Source: an uncultured Candidatus Saccharibacteria bacterium | GTDB taxonomy: Bacteria; Patescibacteriota; Minisyncoccia; Phycocordibacterales; WO2-35-19 | Direction: 5' to 3' | Assembly: GCA_964464975.1 (NCBI GenBank) | Contig: CAYXKV010000001.1 | Span: 457 to 64,456, forward strand | Length of the DNA stretch: 64,000 bases | Shown here: one piece after another, positions 46,614 through 56,092 of the stretch | How the letters are laid out: each line of letters begins with the position of its first letter | Position numbering within the stretch: the first letter of the stretch is position 1 | Position numbers and translations under genes: made by a program | Notes under the pieces: model-generated | Seen by the model: the letters and a program-made list of their open reading frames with translations, nothing else | What the model was told of the DNA's origin: nothing | Databases searched by the model: none

Positions 46614-47975
46614 ATGGAAAACACAGGTAAAGTGGTAGTGCGCTACCCTCCAAGCCCCACCGGCCCTTTTCATGTAGGCAACGCGAGGACCTTCCTTTAC
46701 AACTGGCTTTTTGCCAAACAGCATGGAGGTAAAGTAGTTTTCAGAATAGAAGACACTGACAAAGAGCGTTCACGAGAAGAATTTGCGCAAGATATAATTG
46801 AAAACCTGAAATGGTTAAAAATAGAACCTGATTTTTCTACTACTGTCAAACAGTCGGAGAGGGGAGCGGTTTACCGCAAATATATGGAAAAGATGATTGG
46901 CAAAGGCTTTGCGTATATATCCAAAGAAGACGCCCCTGAAGAAGGACAGAGGGACGAGGTCGTCAGGTTCAAAAACCCTAATAAAAAAATCATTTTTGAA
47001 GACCTGATCCGCGGCCAAATAGAATTTGATACGGCAGAGCTCAAGGATTTCATTATCGGCAAAAGCCTAGATGAGCCAATTTATCATTTGGCAGTGGTCA
47101 TAGACGATTTCGAGATGGGAGTGACACACGTGATTAGAGGAGACGATGGGATATCAAACACCCCAAGACAGATACTTATCCAAGAAGCCATAGGAGCCCA
47201 AAGGCCGGTTTACGCTCACCTGCCCCTCATCCTGGCTCCCGACAAGACCAAACTGTCAAAGAGAAAGCATGGCGAACAAGTCTCCGTGACCTTTTATCGC
47301 AAGCGCGGGTACTTGCCAGAAGCCCTTATAAACTTCCTCTCAATGATCGGATGGAACCCAGGAACTAATCAGGAAATTTTTTCAATCGAGGAGCTTGTTT
47401 CTACCTTTAGTATAGAGAAAGTCCAAAAGAAAGGCGCCATCTTCAATATTGAAAAACTTGACTGGCTCAACCGCGAGTGGATGCGCAAACTTCCAAAAGA
47501 CGAACAGATGGCGGGATTCATAAAAGAACTTTCTGAGACAAGATTTTCAAATTCAGATAAGCTCAAAGACCAAAGGTATATTGGCTTGATCTTTAACCTT
47601 GTCCTCGACAGGATACACAAATGGACAGACATCGGAGATCTGGCTCTGAAAGGCGAGTTTGACTGCTTTTTTGAGGAACCAACGCTTCTCAAGAGTTCGA
47701 TTCACTGGAAGGACTCTTCTCCCGATGTGGCCGCCAAAAACCTAAAGGACTTATTGTCTCAGGCATCTCTATTAAATGACGGGGAGGAAGAAAAATTCGC
47801 AGAAATCATGATGACTTTAGCGCAAGAGAGGGGCAAAGGTGATGTTCTTTGGCCAATACGCTATGCTCTCTCCGGGAAAGAGAAGTCACCCGATCCAGCT
47901 TCACTTGTTAGGATATTAGGAATTAGCAGGTCGAGAGAGAGGATCACCAAAGCAATCGAAACTTTAAAAACTTAA
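46614..47975 (+). CDS. gltX: Glutamyl-tRNA synthetase
   Basis: RYPPSPTGPFHVGNARTFLYNW, KLSKRKHG. Confidence 0.9.
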   Translation: MENTGKVVVRYPPSPTGPFHVGNARTFLYNWLFAKQHGGKVVFRIEDTDKERSREEFAQDIIENLKWLKIEPDFSTTVKQSERGAVYRKYMEKMIGKGFAYISKEDAPEEGQRDEVVRFKNPNKKIIFEDLIRGQIEFDTAELKDFIIGKSLDEPIYHLAVVIDDFEMGVTHVIRGDDGISNTPRQILIQEAIGAQRPVYAHLPLILAPDKTKLSKRKHGEQVSVTFYRKRGYLPEALINFLSMIGWNPGTNQEIFSIEELVSTFSIEKVQKKGAIFNIEKLDWLNREWMRKLPKDEQMAGFIKELSETRFSNSDKLKDQRYIGLIFNLVLDRIHKWTDIGDLALKGEFDCFFEEPTLLKSSIHWKDSSPDVAAKNLKDLLSQASLLNDGEEEKFAEIMMTLAQERGKGDVLWPIRYALSGKEKSPDPASLVRILGISRSRERITKAIETLKT

Positions 47976-47982
47976 AACTGAA

Positions 47983-48612
47983 ATGAGGAAAGAAGGCGAA
48001 AAAATTTTTTTGGTTTTGATTTTGCTTTTCTTTTTGGTGGGATCAGAAATGGCACTTTCCCAGTCTGCAGACGAGCTCAGACAAAACATAGACTCCCATA
48101 ATGAAAAAATCAAACAATTAGATGAGGAGATTGAGGCTTACACAAAACAAATCGAGGCTGTAGGCAGCGAAGCCAAGAACCTGCAAAGCGCGGTCAAAGT
48201 TTTAGATATTAACCAAAGCAAAATCAAAACTGAAATCAAAAAGACCGAGACCAATATCAGCAAGACCAATTTGACTCTCAAAGAACTTGTAGACGAGATA
48301 GGGGATATCGAAATAAAAATTGGCTCCAATGTCGGAGCTATAGCAAAAACCTTGAGCAGTATGCGTATGAAAGATGACGAGTCCTTGATTGAGAGTTTGC
48401 TTGTAAACAAAAGCATCGCCGAAGTCCTCGACGAATACGAGACCATCAGAGAGTTTCAGGAGAAGGTGCGCGGCAAGACTTTTGAACTTGACATTTATAA
48501 AAATGAATTGTTAGGTAAAAAATCTGCCGTGGAATCAGAAAAGAAAAAGCTAGTTTCTTTAAACGACAACCTAAAAGATCAAAATCAAATTCTTACCAAC
48601 AATAAGCAATAA
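47983..48612 (+). CDS. EnvC-like coiled-coil domain: N-terminal fragment of a frameshifted M23 peptidase gene
   Basis: Signal/TM segment followed by about 180 aa of heptad-repeat coiled coil. The ORF ends at a TAA with frame +1 open downstream. Confidence 0.5.
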   Translation: MRKEGEKIFLVLILLFFLVGSEMALSQSADELRQNIDSHNEKIKQLDEEIEAYTKQIEAVGSEAKNLQSAVKVLDINQSKIKTEIKKTETNISKTNLTLKELVDEIGDIEIKIGSNVGAIAKTLSSMRMKDDESLIESLLVNKSIAEVLDEYETIREFQEKVRGKTFELDIYKNELLGKKSAVESEKKKLVSLNDNLKDQNQILTNNKQ

Positions 48613-49267
48613 GAAGGAGAAAACAGGGCTTCTCAATGCCACCAAAAACAAAGAAGCTGAATACAAGAGAATTTTAGCAGTGCGCCAGGCCGAGAGAGAA
48701 AGGTTTGAGAAGGAGCTCTTTGAGTACGAATCTAGGCTGAAGAGAATAATCGACCCAGACAGCTTTCCTTCGGCTAAAAAGGGTGTTTTGTCATGGCCTT
48801 TAGACAACATCTATATAACCCAACCCTTCGGAAGAACCGTAGATTCTGTAAGGCTATATGTTTCCGGCACCCACAACGGTGTTGACTTCAGAGCTAGCCG
48901 TGGCACTCCGGTCATGGCGGTTTTGGACGGAGTGGTAGAGGGGGTTGGTAATACTGATGAACAACCGGGCTGCTACTCATATGGAAAGTGGGTGCTTATA
49001 AAGCACGACAACGGCCTTTCAAGCCTCTATTCGCACCTCGACCTTATCAAGGCGCCCCAAGGAGCCAAGGTCATGACTGGCGATGTGATCGGCTACAGCG
49101 GCCAGACCGGATATGCCACGGGCCTGCACCTGCACTTGACACTTTTTGCAAGCCAAGGAGTTACGGTCCAAAAATACTCTTCGAGCAGAAATTGCAAAAA
49201 TGTTATCATACCGATAGCCGATGTTAGAGCTTACCTTGACCCCATGCTTTATTTCCCAAGTCTTTAA
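48575..49267 (+). CDS. M23 (LytM) peptidase domain: C-terminal fragment; +1 frame continues the upstream coiled coil
   Basis: HNGVDFRASRGTPV...DNGLSSLYSHLD...TGLHLHL. The frame is open from 48575 with no ATG until a GTG at 48680. Confidence 0.6.
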   Translation, partial: KIKIKFLPTISNKKEKTGLLNATKNKEAEYKRILAVRQAERERFEKELFEYESRLKRIIDPDSFPSAKKGVLSWPLDNIYITQPFGRTVDSVRLYVSGTHNGVDFRASRGTPVMAVLDGVVEGVGNTDEQPGCYSYGKWVLIKHDNGLSSLYSHLDLIKAPQGAKVMTGDVIGYSGQTGYATGLHLHLTLFASQGVTVQKYSSSRNCKNVIIPIADVRAYLDPMLYFPSL

Positions 49268-49310
49268 TTATTTTATTTTTTAGTATTTAATTATCCGCTA
49301 AAATAAAAAC

Positions 49311-49568
49311 ATGGTAGATAAACTAAAAACACGATCGCGAGCGACCTCAGGAGGTTTTATACAGTTAGTTTTCATCGTTATCACAGCCCTTATCATACTC
49401 AAATACGCTTTTGAAGTTGATATAGTCGGTTTTTTGACCTCAGGCAAGGTCAAGGACTGGCTTGATAAATTATATGCCTTCGGTTTAGCAGGGTGGAATA
49501 AATATAAGGAAATCATCACAGCAGGGTGGACGTGGTGGTCTGATCTGTATAAAAAAATATTTAATTAG
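49311..49568 (+). CDS. Small hypothetical membrane protein
   Basis: 85-aa ORF with one TM; no family recognised. Confidence 0.3.
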   Translation: MVDKLKTRSRATSGGFIQLVFIVITALIILKYAFEVDIVGFLTSGKVKDWLDKLYAFGLAGWNKYKEIITAGWTWWSDLYKKIFN

Positions 49569-49735
49569 ATTTGCTGCAAGAAAAATTTTTATGGTGGGGA
49601 AGAAGTAGTTGTTTGAAGTAAAGCCTCCTCCGCCTTATTTTAACATAATTAGAGTTTCCAAAGATATATTGTGCGACGTTCATATAGTTTCTGGGCATAT
49701 ATATTACATTTAATTGATAGGTCTTGAAATAAACA

Positions 49736-49773
49736 AAAACTCGTTCCCCTTTTTATGAGAGCGGACGAGTTTT
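49736..49773. terminator. Bidirectional intrinsic terminator (aaaactcgt-N20-acgagtttt)
   Basis: 9-bp stem flanked by an A-run and a T-run, between convergent ORFs. Confidence 0.5.
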
Positions 49774-49789
49774 TGTCTTCTGTAGTTAT

Positions 49790-50245
49790 TTATTTATTTA
49801 CTGCGAGATCCTTATATTCGGAGTAGGCCGCACTTCTCCCCCAGCAGGGCATGGACGATTTCCAAGGACGAACCCCGTACTTTTCATATATGTGCCTTGC
49901 GTAGGCGGCGTTGCCCTCGAGAGTCAGGATATCATACCCGAGCTTATCCGAATCACCTTTGTGATAATACTCGTTGATCTGCATCACACCTCTGTCGAGA
50001 CTGTTGACCTCTCCGCGAAGCACGTTTCCGTTCTCGTCATAGTGCCTGAATCTTGATTCGCACTTCGCAATCTCCACCATTATGGGGATGTCTGAGAAGT
50101 ATGCTTTAACATATTCCTCGACTGTTATTTTTCTCTCTGCGTCAATCTTCCTTGAAGCGGGAATGGTTTCCTTTGCTTCAAACTTCTCTGCGAGTACTGC
50201 CGGAATATTTGTCTGGTTAAATCCGGTAATGCTTGTTGCAAGCAT
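49790..50245 (-). CDS. Rpf/IsaA-like transglycosylase-like domain protein (lysozyme-like cell-wall hydrolase)
   Basis: IAKCES...GVMQIN resembles the Rpf motif IAQCESGGNW...GLQ. There is no obvious signal peptide. An alternative TTG start lies at 50257. Confidence 0.55.
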   Translation of the reverse strand: MLATSITGFNQTNIPAVLAEKFEAKETIPASRKIDAERKITVEEYVKAYFSDIPIMVEIAKCESRFRHYDENGNVLRGEVNSLDRGVMQINEYYHKGDSDKLGYDILTLEGNAAYARHIYEKYGVRPWKSSMPCWGRSAAYSEYKDLAVNK

Positions 50246-50257
50246 GGTTAGACCCAA

Positions 50258-50430
50258 AGCGGTAGCCTGGAAAATAAGCCAATTGTTTAATTTTAATCCC
50301 GGACTTTTACGTCTCTTCTCTCCCCCACCCTTATTGGGAATTATCGGGGGAAGCCGGGGGATCTTTGGGCGAAAGGATCGAGGAGCGAACCCTAAAGTTA
50401 TTACCCCGCTTTAACGGCAAAGATCCTCTT
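50258..50430 (-). promoter_or_regulatory. GC-rich structured 5' leader (candidate cis-regulatory RNA) upstream of the transglycosylase-like gene
   Basis: About 170 nt with multiple G/C runs and long-range complementarity (GGAUCUUUG...CAAAGAUCC). Atypical for the AT-rich intergenic regions in this window. Confidence 0.25.
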
Positions 50431-50625
50431 AAAAACACAAAATCCAGCACTAATTACTACTGGACACAATTCCATTATAGCATTTTTAGACCTAAAAAGT
50501 CAACCCTCTTAAATGAAAAAACAATTAAATATGGCTCAATTTAGCCATATTTTTAATATTTTTATACAACGAAATATAATACTTTTCAATATTTTAGGAC
50601 CTTTGGATGGTTCTTTCTGGTTTTT

Positions 50626-52107
50626 TCAGTATTGGACCGATTCTCCCGGCAAAACTCCGCTTAAAATCTCAATCATTCCGTTATTTCCCGTCAGTCCTAG
50701 CTCCACTCTGGTTTTATTTGTCTTGCCGTTAATCATTTTCTCGACAAAACCTAACTCGCCATCCTTCTTTACCGCATAGGAAGGCAAGACAACGACTCCG
50801 TTCTTTCTTGATGTTTCTATCCTTATATCTGCCGTCAATCCGCTTTTAAGCCTTTCCACCTTATCCATAAGGTCAACCCTCACTTTATAATTTACGACTC
50901 CGTCAATTACCACTTCACCGGGCTCAATATACGAGACTGATCCTGAAAACACCTCGCCCGGGAAAGCATCGAAAGTGATTTGAGCCGGATTGCCTTGAGA
51001 GATTTTGCCTATGTTTATCTCTGAAATATTCGACTCTATGTACATTTTCCCATTACTCGAAATTCTGACAAGTTTGGACCCGGACAATACCGTCTCCCCT
51101 ACTTTTGCATCTTGTCTTATGATAACGCCATCAAAAGGAGCAATTATCGAAGACTTTCCGATCTCGGCCATTATAGCCGAGACGCTCGCTCTCGCTTGCG
51201 ACACCTTGGCCTCCTGTGCGAGTACGTCTTCAAACTCCCCCGTTTCCCCAAGAAGAGGAGCCGAATTGAACTTATCCTTAGCCGTCACTAGACTCGATAT
51301 AGCTGATGATACTTGAGTTCTTGCCGACGCGGCAGTGGTCTTGTATGTATTGACCGTCGAAAGATAAGAGTATTCCGCAGGAGTGAATGTGTTGATAGCT
51401 CCGGCTACCTTATCGAGAAATGATAAAATCTTTTTAAGATCGGTAATGGATTTATCGGCAACTGACACGATGTTTTCGCCATTTATTGCGCCGAGGGAAA
51501 TCTGCCAATCTTTGAGGATTTTTTCAACATCCTTTCTTTCGTTACTTACACTCAGAGAGATCTCGGTCGGTATATCAAAATAGTGCACATAGTTTCCGTC
51601 AGTGAAAGTGACCTCAAATTTAGGATTGGAAGTGTTGTTGGTAAAAAACTGGTCAGCCTTGTTCCGGATCGCGTCATCCGCCGAAGCGAAACCTTCCCTT
51701 ATAGAGGCATCGAGATTCTTCTGGGCATCAGCAAAAGAGATTGGCGCGGTGCTTTTAAGTTCGCGTAAGTTTATCAACTCCTCTTCGAGTAAAGCTTTTG
51801 CCTTTGCGAGATCTGCATTTTCCGACGCCGTTTCAAGCGAAGCGACAACAGCACCTTTTGGTACAACCTCTCCTACGCTAAAATTTACTCTCGACACCCT
51901 GCCGGATTTGTCGAACCCGAGCTCTACGCTTTGATTGGGCTTTACCTTGCCTGCTGCTGTGACTTCTTGAACGATATCGCCTATCTGAGCGGTAGCTGCT
52001 TGCTTGCCATTCTTCCCGTTTCTAACAATAAAAAAACTGCAGGTAACAACTATAGCAAGGCCTATTATGACATATTTTTTCGAAAGGAAAAAAGTGATTT
52101 TTCTCAT
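50626..52107 (-). CDS. HlyD-family periplasmic adaptor (membrane fusion protein) of an ABC efflux system
   Basis: N-terminal TM, long coiled-coil hairpin, then beta-barrel and lipoyl-like segments. Confidence 0.8.
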   Translation of the reverse strand: MRKITFFLSKKYVIIGLAIVVTCSFFIVRNGKNGKQAATAQIGDIVQEVTAAGKVKPNQSVELGFDKSGRVSRVNFSVGEVVPKGAVVASLETASENADLAKAKALLEEELINLRELKSTAPISFADAQKNLDASIREGFASADDAIRNKADQFFTNNTSNPKFEVTFTDGNYVHYFDIPTEISLSVSNERKDVEKILKDWQISLGAINGENIVSVADKSITDLKKILSFLDKVAGAINTFTPAEYSYLSTVNTYKTTAASARTQVSSAISSLVTAKDKFNSAPLLGETGEFEDVLAQEAKVSQARASVSAIMAEIGKSSIIAPFDGVIIRQDAKVGETVLSGSKLVRISSNGKMYIESNISEINIGKISQGNPAQITFDAFPGEVFSGSVSYIEPGEVVIDGVVNYKVRVDLMDKVERLKSGLTADIRIETSRKNGVVVLPSYAVKKDGELGFVEKMINGKTNKTRVELGLTGNNGMIEILSGVLPGESVQY

Positions 52108-52130
52108 CGTAAGCTATTATAACAAAAATT

Positions 52131-52826
52131 CTAAATTATGCTTTCGGGCTTCCCGTCTGCCAAAATCTTGCCATCACCAATCTTGATAGCCCTTTTAGTG
52201 AGCACTGCGTACTCTGGCTCGTGAGTTACCATGATCACTGTCTGCCCTTCTCTATTAAGATCAAGGAACACGCTCATAACGGTGTTTGCGGTCTCGCTAT
52301 CCAAGTTTGCTGTAGGTTCGTCTGCAAAAATTATCTTCGGGTCGTGAGCTATTGCTCTGGCGATTGAGACCCTTTGCTGTTCCCCGCCGGAGAGTTGGTT
52401 TGGGAGATTGTGGAGCCTGTCACCAAGACCGATTCTTGCAAGAGCGGTTTCTGCTTTTTTGTAAGCGGCATTTTTCACAAGTCCCTGCATCAGAAGGGGT
52501 ACTACGGTATTTTCGATTGCCGTAAGCTCAGGCACAAGTGCATAATCCTGAAAAACGTAGCCAAGCTCGCGGAGTCGAAATTCCGTCCTCTCCTCGTGAT
52601 TTAGCGCTACTACCTCGACTCCGTCTATCACTATCTCCCCGGAATCAGGCTTGTCAAGAAGCCCGAGTTGGTAAAGAAGGGTTGATTTGCCCGATCCTGA
52701 CCTGCCCGTGATTGAAAAGAAATCTCCCTGATCTACCGAAAATGACATTCGGTCCAACACCACGAGGCGAGTGTCCCCTGTTTTAAAAGATTTGGTTAAA
52801 TTTTTTACTGAAACTATGTTGCTCAT
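52131..52826 (-). CDS. ABC transporter ATP-binding protein (MacB/LolD-type)
   Basis: GRSGSGKSTLL, LSGGEQQRVSIARA, IFADEPTANLD. Confidence 0.9.
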   Translation of the reverse strand: MSNIVSVKNLTKSFKTGDTRLVVLDRMSFSVDQGDFFSITGRSGSGKSTLLYQLGLLDKPDSGEIVIDGVEVVALNHEERTEFRLRELGYVFQDYALVPELTAIENTVVPLLMQGLVKNAAYKKAETALARIGLGDRLHNLPNQLSGGEQQRVSIARAIAHDPKIIFADEPTANLDSETANTVMSVFLDLNREGQTVIMVTHEPEYAVLTKRAIKIGDGKILADGKPESII

Positions 52827-52881
52827 GTTTTAAATTGCACTGTTGGAAATTTATTGAAAATTGCTAATTGATAATTGAAAA

Positions 52882-54162
52882 TTACCTCCCCAATATTGAA
52901 TCCAAAGTATTTTTTTTGACTACGATGCGGGCGGGAATGTAGCCGGCAAAAAGAGTTGCGACCACAAGGAGCAAAACTCTAAGGGATGTAGCGGACACTT
53001 CGGCCACAAGTATGCCATCGCTAAACGGAAACTTGATCGGATGGGCGGCGATGAAGGGCACCAGGAATCCGTAAAGAATTAAAAGCCCCACGCCGATGCC
53101 TACTATTGCATAAAACATCGATTGGAATACGTAAGCTATCTCTATTGACCTTGAGCTGATGCCGATACCCTTGAGAATCCCTATAAACTTCTTTCGGGTA
53201 ATGGCGTTTACAAAAATAACGATAAATATAGTGATCGAGGCCACCACAAGGCCGATGGAACCGACGACGTTGCCCAGGATGGCAAAGGTGTTTTTGATAT
53301 CTATGACGAATTTCGGCACACCTTCTTCATATGTTTGAACCCTTGCAGTTTCCCCTACTCCCATCTTTATTAGGGCATTCTTAGCAAAATATGGATCGAC
53401 TCCGGGCTTTAACTTCACCGCTATTTCGTCGACATTGTAGTCGGTGCGGTCGATTATGTTTCTAAGCATCGTATCGAGCATATAAATTCTCATATCGACT
53501 TCGTCCGCCTTGCTTCTTATTATTCCTTTGACAGTGAATTCGCGTGTTATGCCGCCTACTGTCACTCTGACTTTTGTCCCGGGCTCAACATTCTCAAGAA
53601 AAGAAAAGCTTGCGGAATCCACCGGTACGTATTTTTTCAGAAGATTGGAGCCTAGCATAACAAAATCCGCATCTCCCGGTGACAAAAATTCTCCCTCAAC
53701 AATTTTGGAAGAGAGGTTGGTGGTCTTATCCTCAAGAAGTGGATCAATTCCAGTCACAGCTCCGCCTGCACTGTTTGGGTCATCGGTAAGGTTTACTCTG
53801 GTCTTGTATCCGGCCTCAACCATCCCCCCCCCCTCAATATATCTGGGAGTGAATGATTCCACTATGGACATAGACTCTAACTTGCTTATTATGGATGAAC
53901 TTCCTTCTATATAATTTTTTTTGGGTAAATTTGATATAAAAATGTCGCCAGTCGATACTTGCTTATACACCTGAGATACCCCTTCTATGAGGCCTACGAG
54001 CACCCCCCGCACTACTATCAGATTTAGGAAAGTAAGAGTCATGACGAAAATAATGAGAAAAGTCGTTGCTTTAGTCGAGCGCTTAATCTGCCTGTATGCA
54101 AGATAAAAGCCTACCTTCACATACAGCCAAAAACTTTTTTTATTGTTCCCGTTAAATCTCAA
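52882..54162 (-). CDS. ABC transporter permease, FtsX/MacB-type with a large periplasmic domain
   Basis: N-terminal TM, periplasmic domain of about 220 aa, then three C-terminal FtsX TM helices. Confidence 0.85.
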   Translation of the reverse strand: MRFNGNNKKSFWLYVKVGFYLAYRQIKRSTKATTFLIIFVMTLTFLNLIVVRGVLVGLIEGVSQVYKQVSTGDIFISNLPKKNYIEGSSSIISKLESMSIVESFTPRYIEGGGMVEAGYKTRVNLTDDPNSAGGAVTGIDPLLEDKTTNLSSKIVEGEFLSPGDADFVMLGSNLLKKYVPVDSASFSFLENVEPGTKVRVTVGGITREFTVKGIIRSKADEVDMRIYMLDTMLRNIIDRTDYNVDEIAVKLKPGVDPYFAKNALIKMGVGETARVQTYEEGVPKFVIDIKNTFAILGNVVGSIGLVVASITIFIVIFVNAITRKKFIGILKGIGISSRSIEIAYVFQSMFYAIVGIGVGLLILYGFLVPFIAAHPIKFPFSDGILVAEVSATSLRVLLLVVATLFAGYIPARIVVKKNTLDSILGR

Positions 54163-54320
54163 TGTAGTAAAAGCTATTGCCCGGCTTCTTTCAAAACAAG
54201 TGAAAACTCGTATTTGTCTATATTTTCATTTGTACCCAAAACCACTTCATGGAGCCCACTTTTTGGAATATTTTCCATCGTTTTAAATTACTAATAAAAA
54301 TAATTTGAGCATAAAAAGTG

Positions 54321-54782
54321 CTATTTCAGTCCTTTGCAGTTGCTTGCCGGGGTATAACCTTTGGCTCTAGCCTCCTCGATTGAATTGAAAACTATGAGGT
54401 TATTTTCGGAAATCTGCTTGGCCCCGGAGCACCACGGGTAATGATACTTGCTACCGTTCTTTGAAGCAACCACCTGCCCGCTGTCAGGTTGAGTCTCTGG
54501 CATTGAGTCTCCAATTTTCTCATCATCTGCGGCGCTTGCTCCGACACTCGCCGCCTGTTCCCTGCTTCCACCACCATATAAATCTCGGCTGATCACCCTT
54601 ACCGGATCTTTCCCATCCTCAAGTCCTGAAATTCTGCCAAGGGAAAACGAGGTTACCGCCACAAGCAAAATCATGACCGCGGTAAAATATTTCCCGCACA
54701 ATAAACTTCTAATTTTATTCCCAAGGCCAACCTTTTGGGGCTTTTCTTCGATTATATACTGCTCCTCGAATGATTCTTGCAT
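54321..54782 (-). CDS. Hypothetical membrane-anchored protein
   Basis: One TM. The C-terminal segment [32 protein letters not shown] loosely resembles Ada-type metal-binding domains. Confidence 0.35.
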   Translation of the reverse strand: MQESFEEQYIIEEKPQKVGLGNKIRSLLCGKYFTAVMILLVAVTSFSLGRISGLEDGKDPVRVISRDLYGGGSREQAASVGASAADDEKIGDSMPETQPDSGQVVASKNGSKYHYPWCSGAKQISENNLIVFNSIEEARAKGYTPASNCKGLK

Positions 54783-54869
54783 TTTTGGTTCGTTTTTATT
54801 ATACTATTCGTAACTGATTATATCAGTTTTGTTTTTGTTTTTCTCTTAAAATTTTGCTTTTATTTTACA

Positions 54870-55145
54870 AAAATGGCACATAAAAAGGCGGCAGGAACAA
54901 CCAAAAACGGTAGAGACTCAAACCCGAAATACCTCGGGGTCAAACTCTATGACGGAAGTGTTGCATCCGTAGGTTCTATAATCATCCGGCAGAGAGGTTC
55001 AAAGATTCTTCCGGGCACCGGAGTTCGCATGAGCCGCAACTACACCATCTTTGCCATGAAAAACGGTAAGATCAAGATGTCGCAGAAACGCAAGGCTCAT
55101 TTCGACGGCAAGACCATGCTAAAGAAAGTTGTAAGCGTCGTCTAA
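54870..55145 (+). CDS. rpmA: 50S ribosomal protein L27
   Basis: [24 protein letters not shown]...; the start is taken at MAHKK within the longer ORF. Confidence 0.85.
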   Translation, partial: KMAHKKAAGTTKNGRDSNPKYLGVKLYDGSVASVGSIIIRQRGSKILPGTGVRMSRNYTIFAMKNGKIKMSQKRKAHFDGKTMLKKVVSVV

Positions 55146-55149
55146 TTTT

Positions 55150-55563
55150 TTAGTAGGATTTTATAAATGCAAAAAACCACCGCGCCGTCATGCGGTTCGG
55201 TGGTCTGATTTTTTGCTCCCCTCTGCGGAGAATTCTGTATTCCAAAAGCTTTTTCCTCTCTGCAAATGGTAGGCCTGAGAGCCGGCCGTATTTTATGCTA
55301 ATCTCAATGGTCGCAAAGAGGACGGCGTTCCCTGAAACAAACTCCTTAAGATCGCCTATACTATCCCAACCAAGCTCGATCTCAATCCCTCTGTCGTTGC
55401 GGAAAGTCAAAGACTTGGGGGAACCGTTTATTATGTTTAGGGAGTATGCGTCCATTAGCGCATCCTCTATCACAAACGGTTTTCCGGACACTCCGACCCT
55501 GTCCAGAGCGAACAGTGCCAGGAACCCGGCTACAAGTGACGAGAAATATGCAATTACTTTCAC
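55150..55563 (-). CDS. Hypothetical secreted protein
   Basis: Signal-like N-terminus MKVIAYFSSLVAGFLALFA. The 3' end overlaps the terminator hairpin, so the call is tentative. Confidence 0.3.
   Translation of the reverse strand: MKVIAYFSSLVAGFLALFALDRVGVSGKPFVIEDALMDAYSLNIINGSPKSLTFRNDRGIEIELGWDSIGDLKEFVSGNAVLFATIEISIKYGRLSGLPFAERKKLLEYRILRRGEQKIRPPNRMTARWFFAFIKSY
55171..55214. terminator. Bidirectional intrinsic terminator (aaaaa-accaccgcgccgtcatgcggttcggtggt-ctgatttttt)
   Basis: 7-bp outer and 4-bp inner stem with a flanking A-run and T-run, downstream of rpmA. Confidence 0.55.
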
Positions 55564-55604
55564 ACCCGCCTCCTATCATATTATAACACAAAATCGCTTT
55601 TTGG

Positions 55605-56054
55605 TTACTCCGCTTCTATAGTAAGCAGAAACTCTCCTTCCCCGTGATCGGTTTTTACGTTTATTTTGTGGTCGCCGATTTCTTTAATAGGTTTTAAAAT
55701 TGCGATCATATCAACCGGAATTTCAATGTTGGCCTCCTTCTTGAGAGCCTCCGTTATTTCAACCTCATGAATTTTTTCAAAAAGATGCCCCTTTTCGTTT
55801 GCTTTTTTCTTAATTACCACTTTGACTCCGCTCAATAGCTCAAGCTGCTTTTCCAAGAGTTTTTCCTTTATTTCTTGTTCTGTATCATGCGCGGACTTAA
55901 GCATTTCTGCTTTTTTTACAGCATTTACTGTCGCATATTCAGCAAGTTTATTTGGGATCAGATAATTGTTGGCGTATCCATCGGATACTTCTTTTACTTC
56001 ATGTTTCTTACCCAAATTTTTTACATCCTCTTTTAAAACGATTTTCATGGGCAC
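55605..56054 (-). CDS. rplI: 50S ribosomal protein L9
   Basis: MKIVLKEDVKNLGKKHEVKEVSDGYANNYLIP. Confidence 0.9.
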   Translation of the reverse strand: MPMKIVLKEDVKNLGKKHEVKEVSDGYANNYLIPNKLAEYATVNAVKKAEMLKSAHDTEQEIKEKLLEKQLELLSGVKVVIKKKANEKGHLFEKIHEVEITEALKKEANIEIPVDMIAILKPIKEIGDHKINVKTDHGEGEFLLTIEAE

Positions 56055-56092
56055 AATGATAATCTATATTTCTGTTTAAGGCAACGGCTGGG

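Noticed and set aside
50150-50320. AAAGUCCGGG (minus strand, about 50300-50309) plus ACAAAUAUUCCGGCAG about 100 nt downstream, resembling the RNase P RNA P4 5' and 3' strands
   Set aside because: The spacing of about 100 nt is far too short for RNase P RNA, which needs about 280 nt between the P4 strands. No CR-II/CR-III motifs are present. The downstream part lies inside a CDS with a convincing Rpf-like CES...GVMQ catalytic motif.
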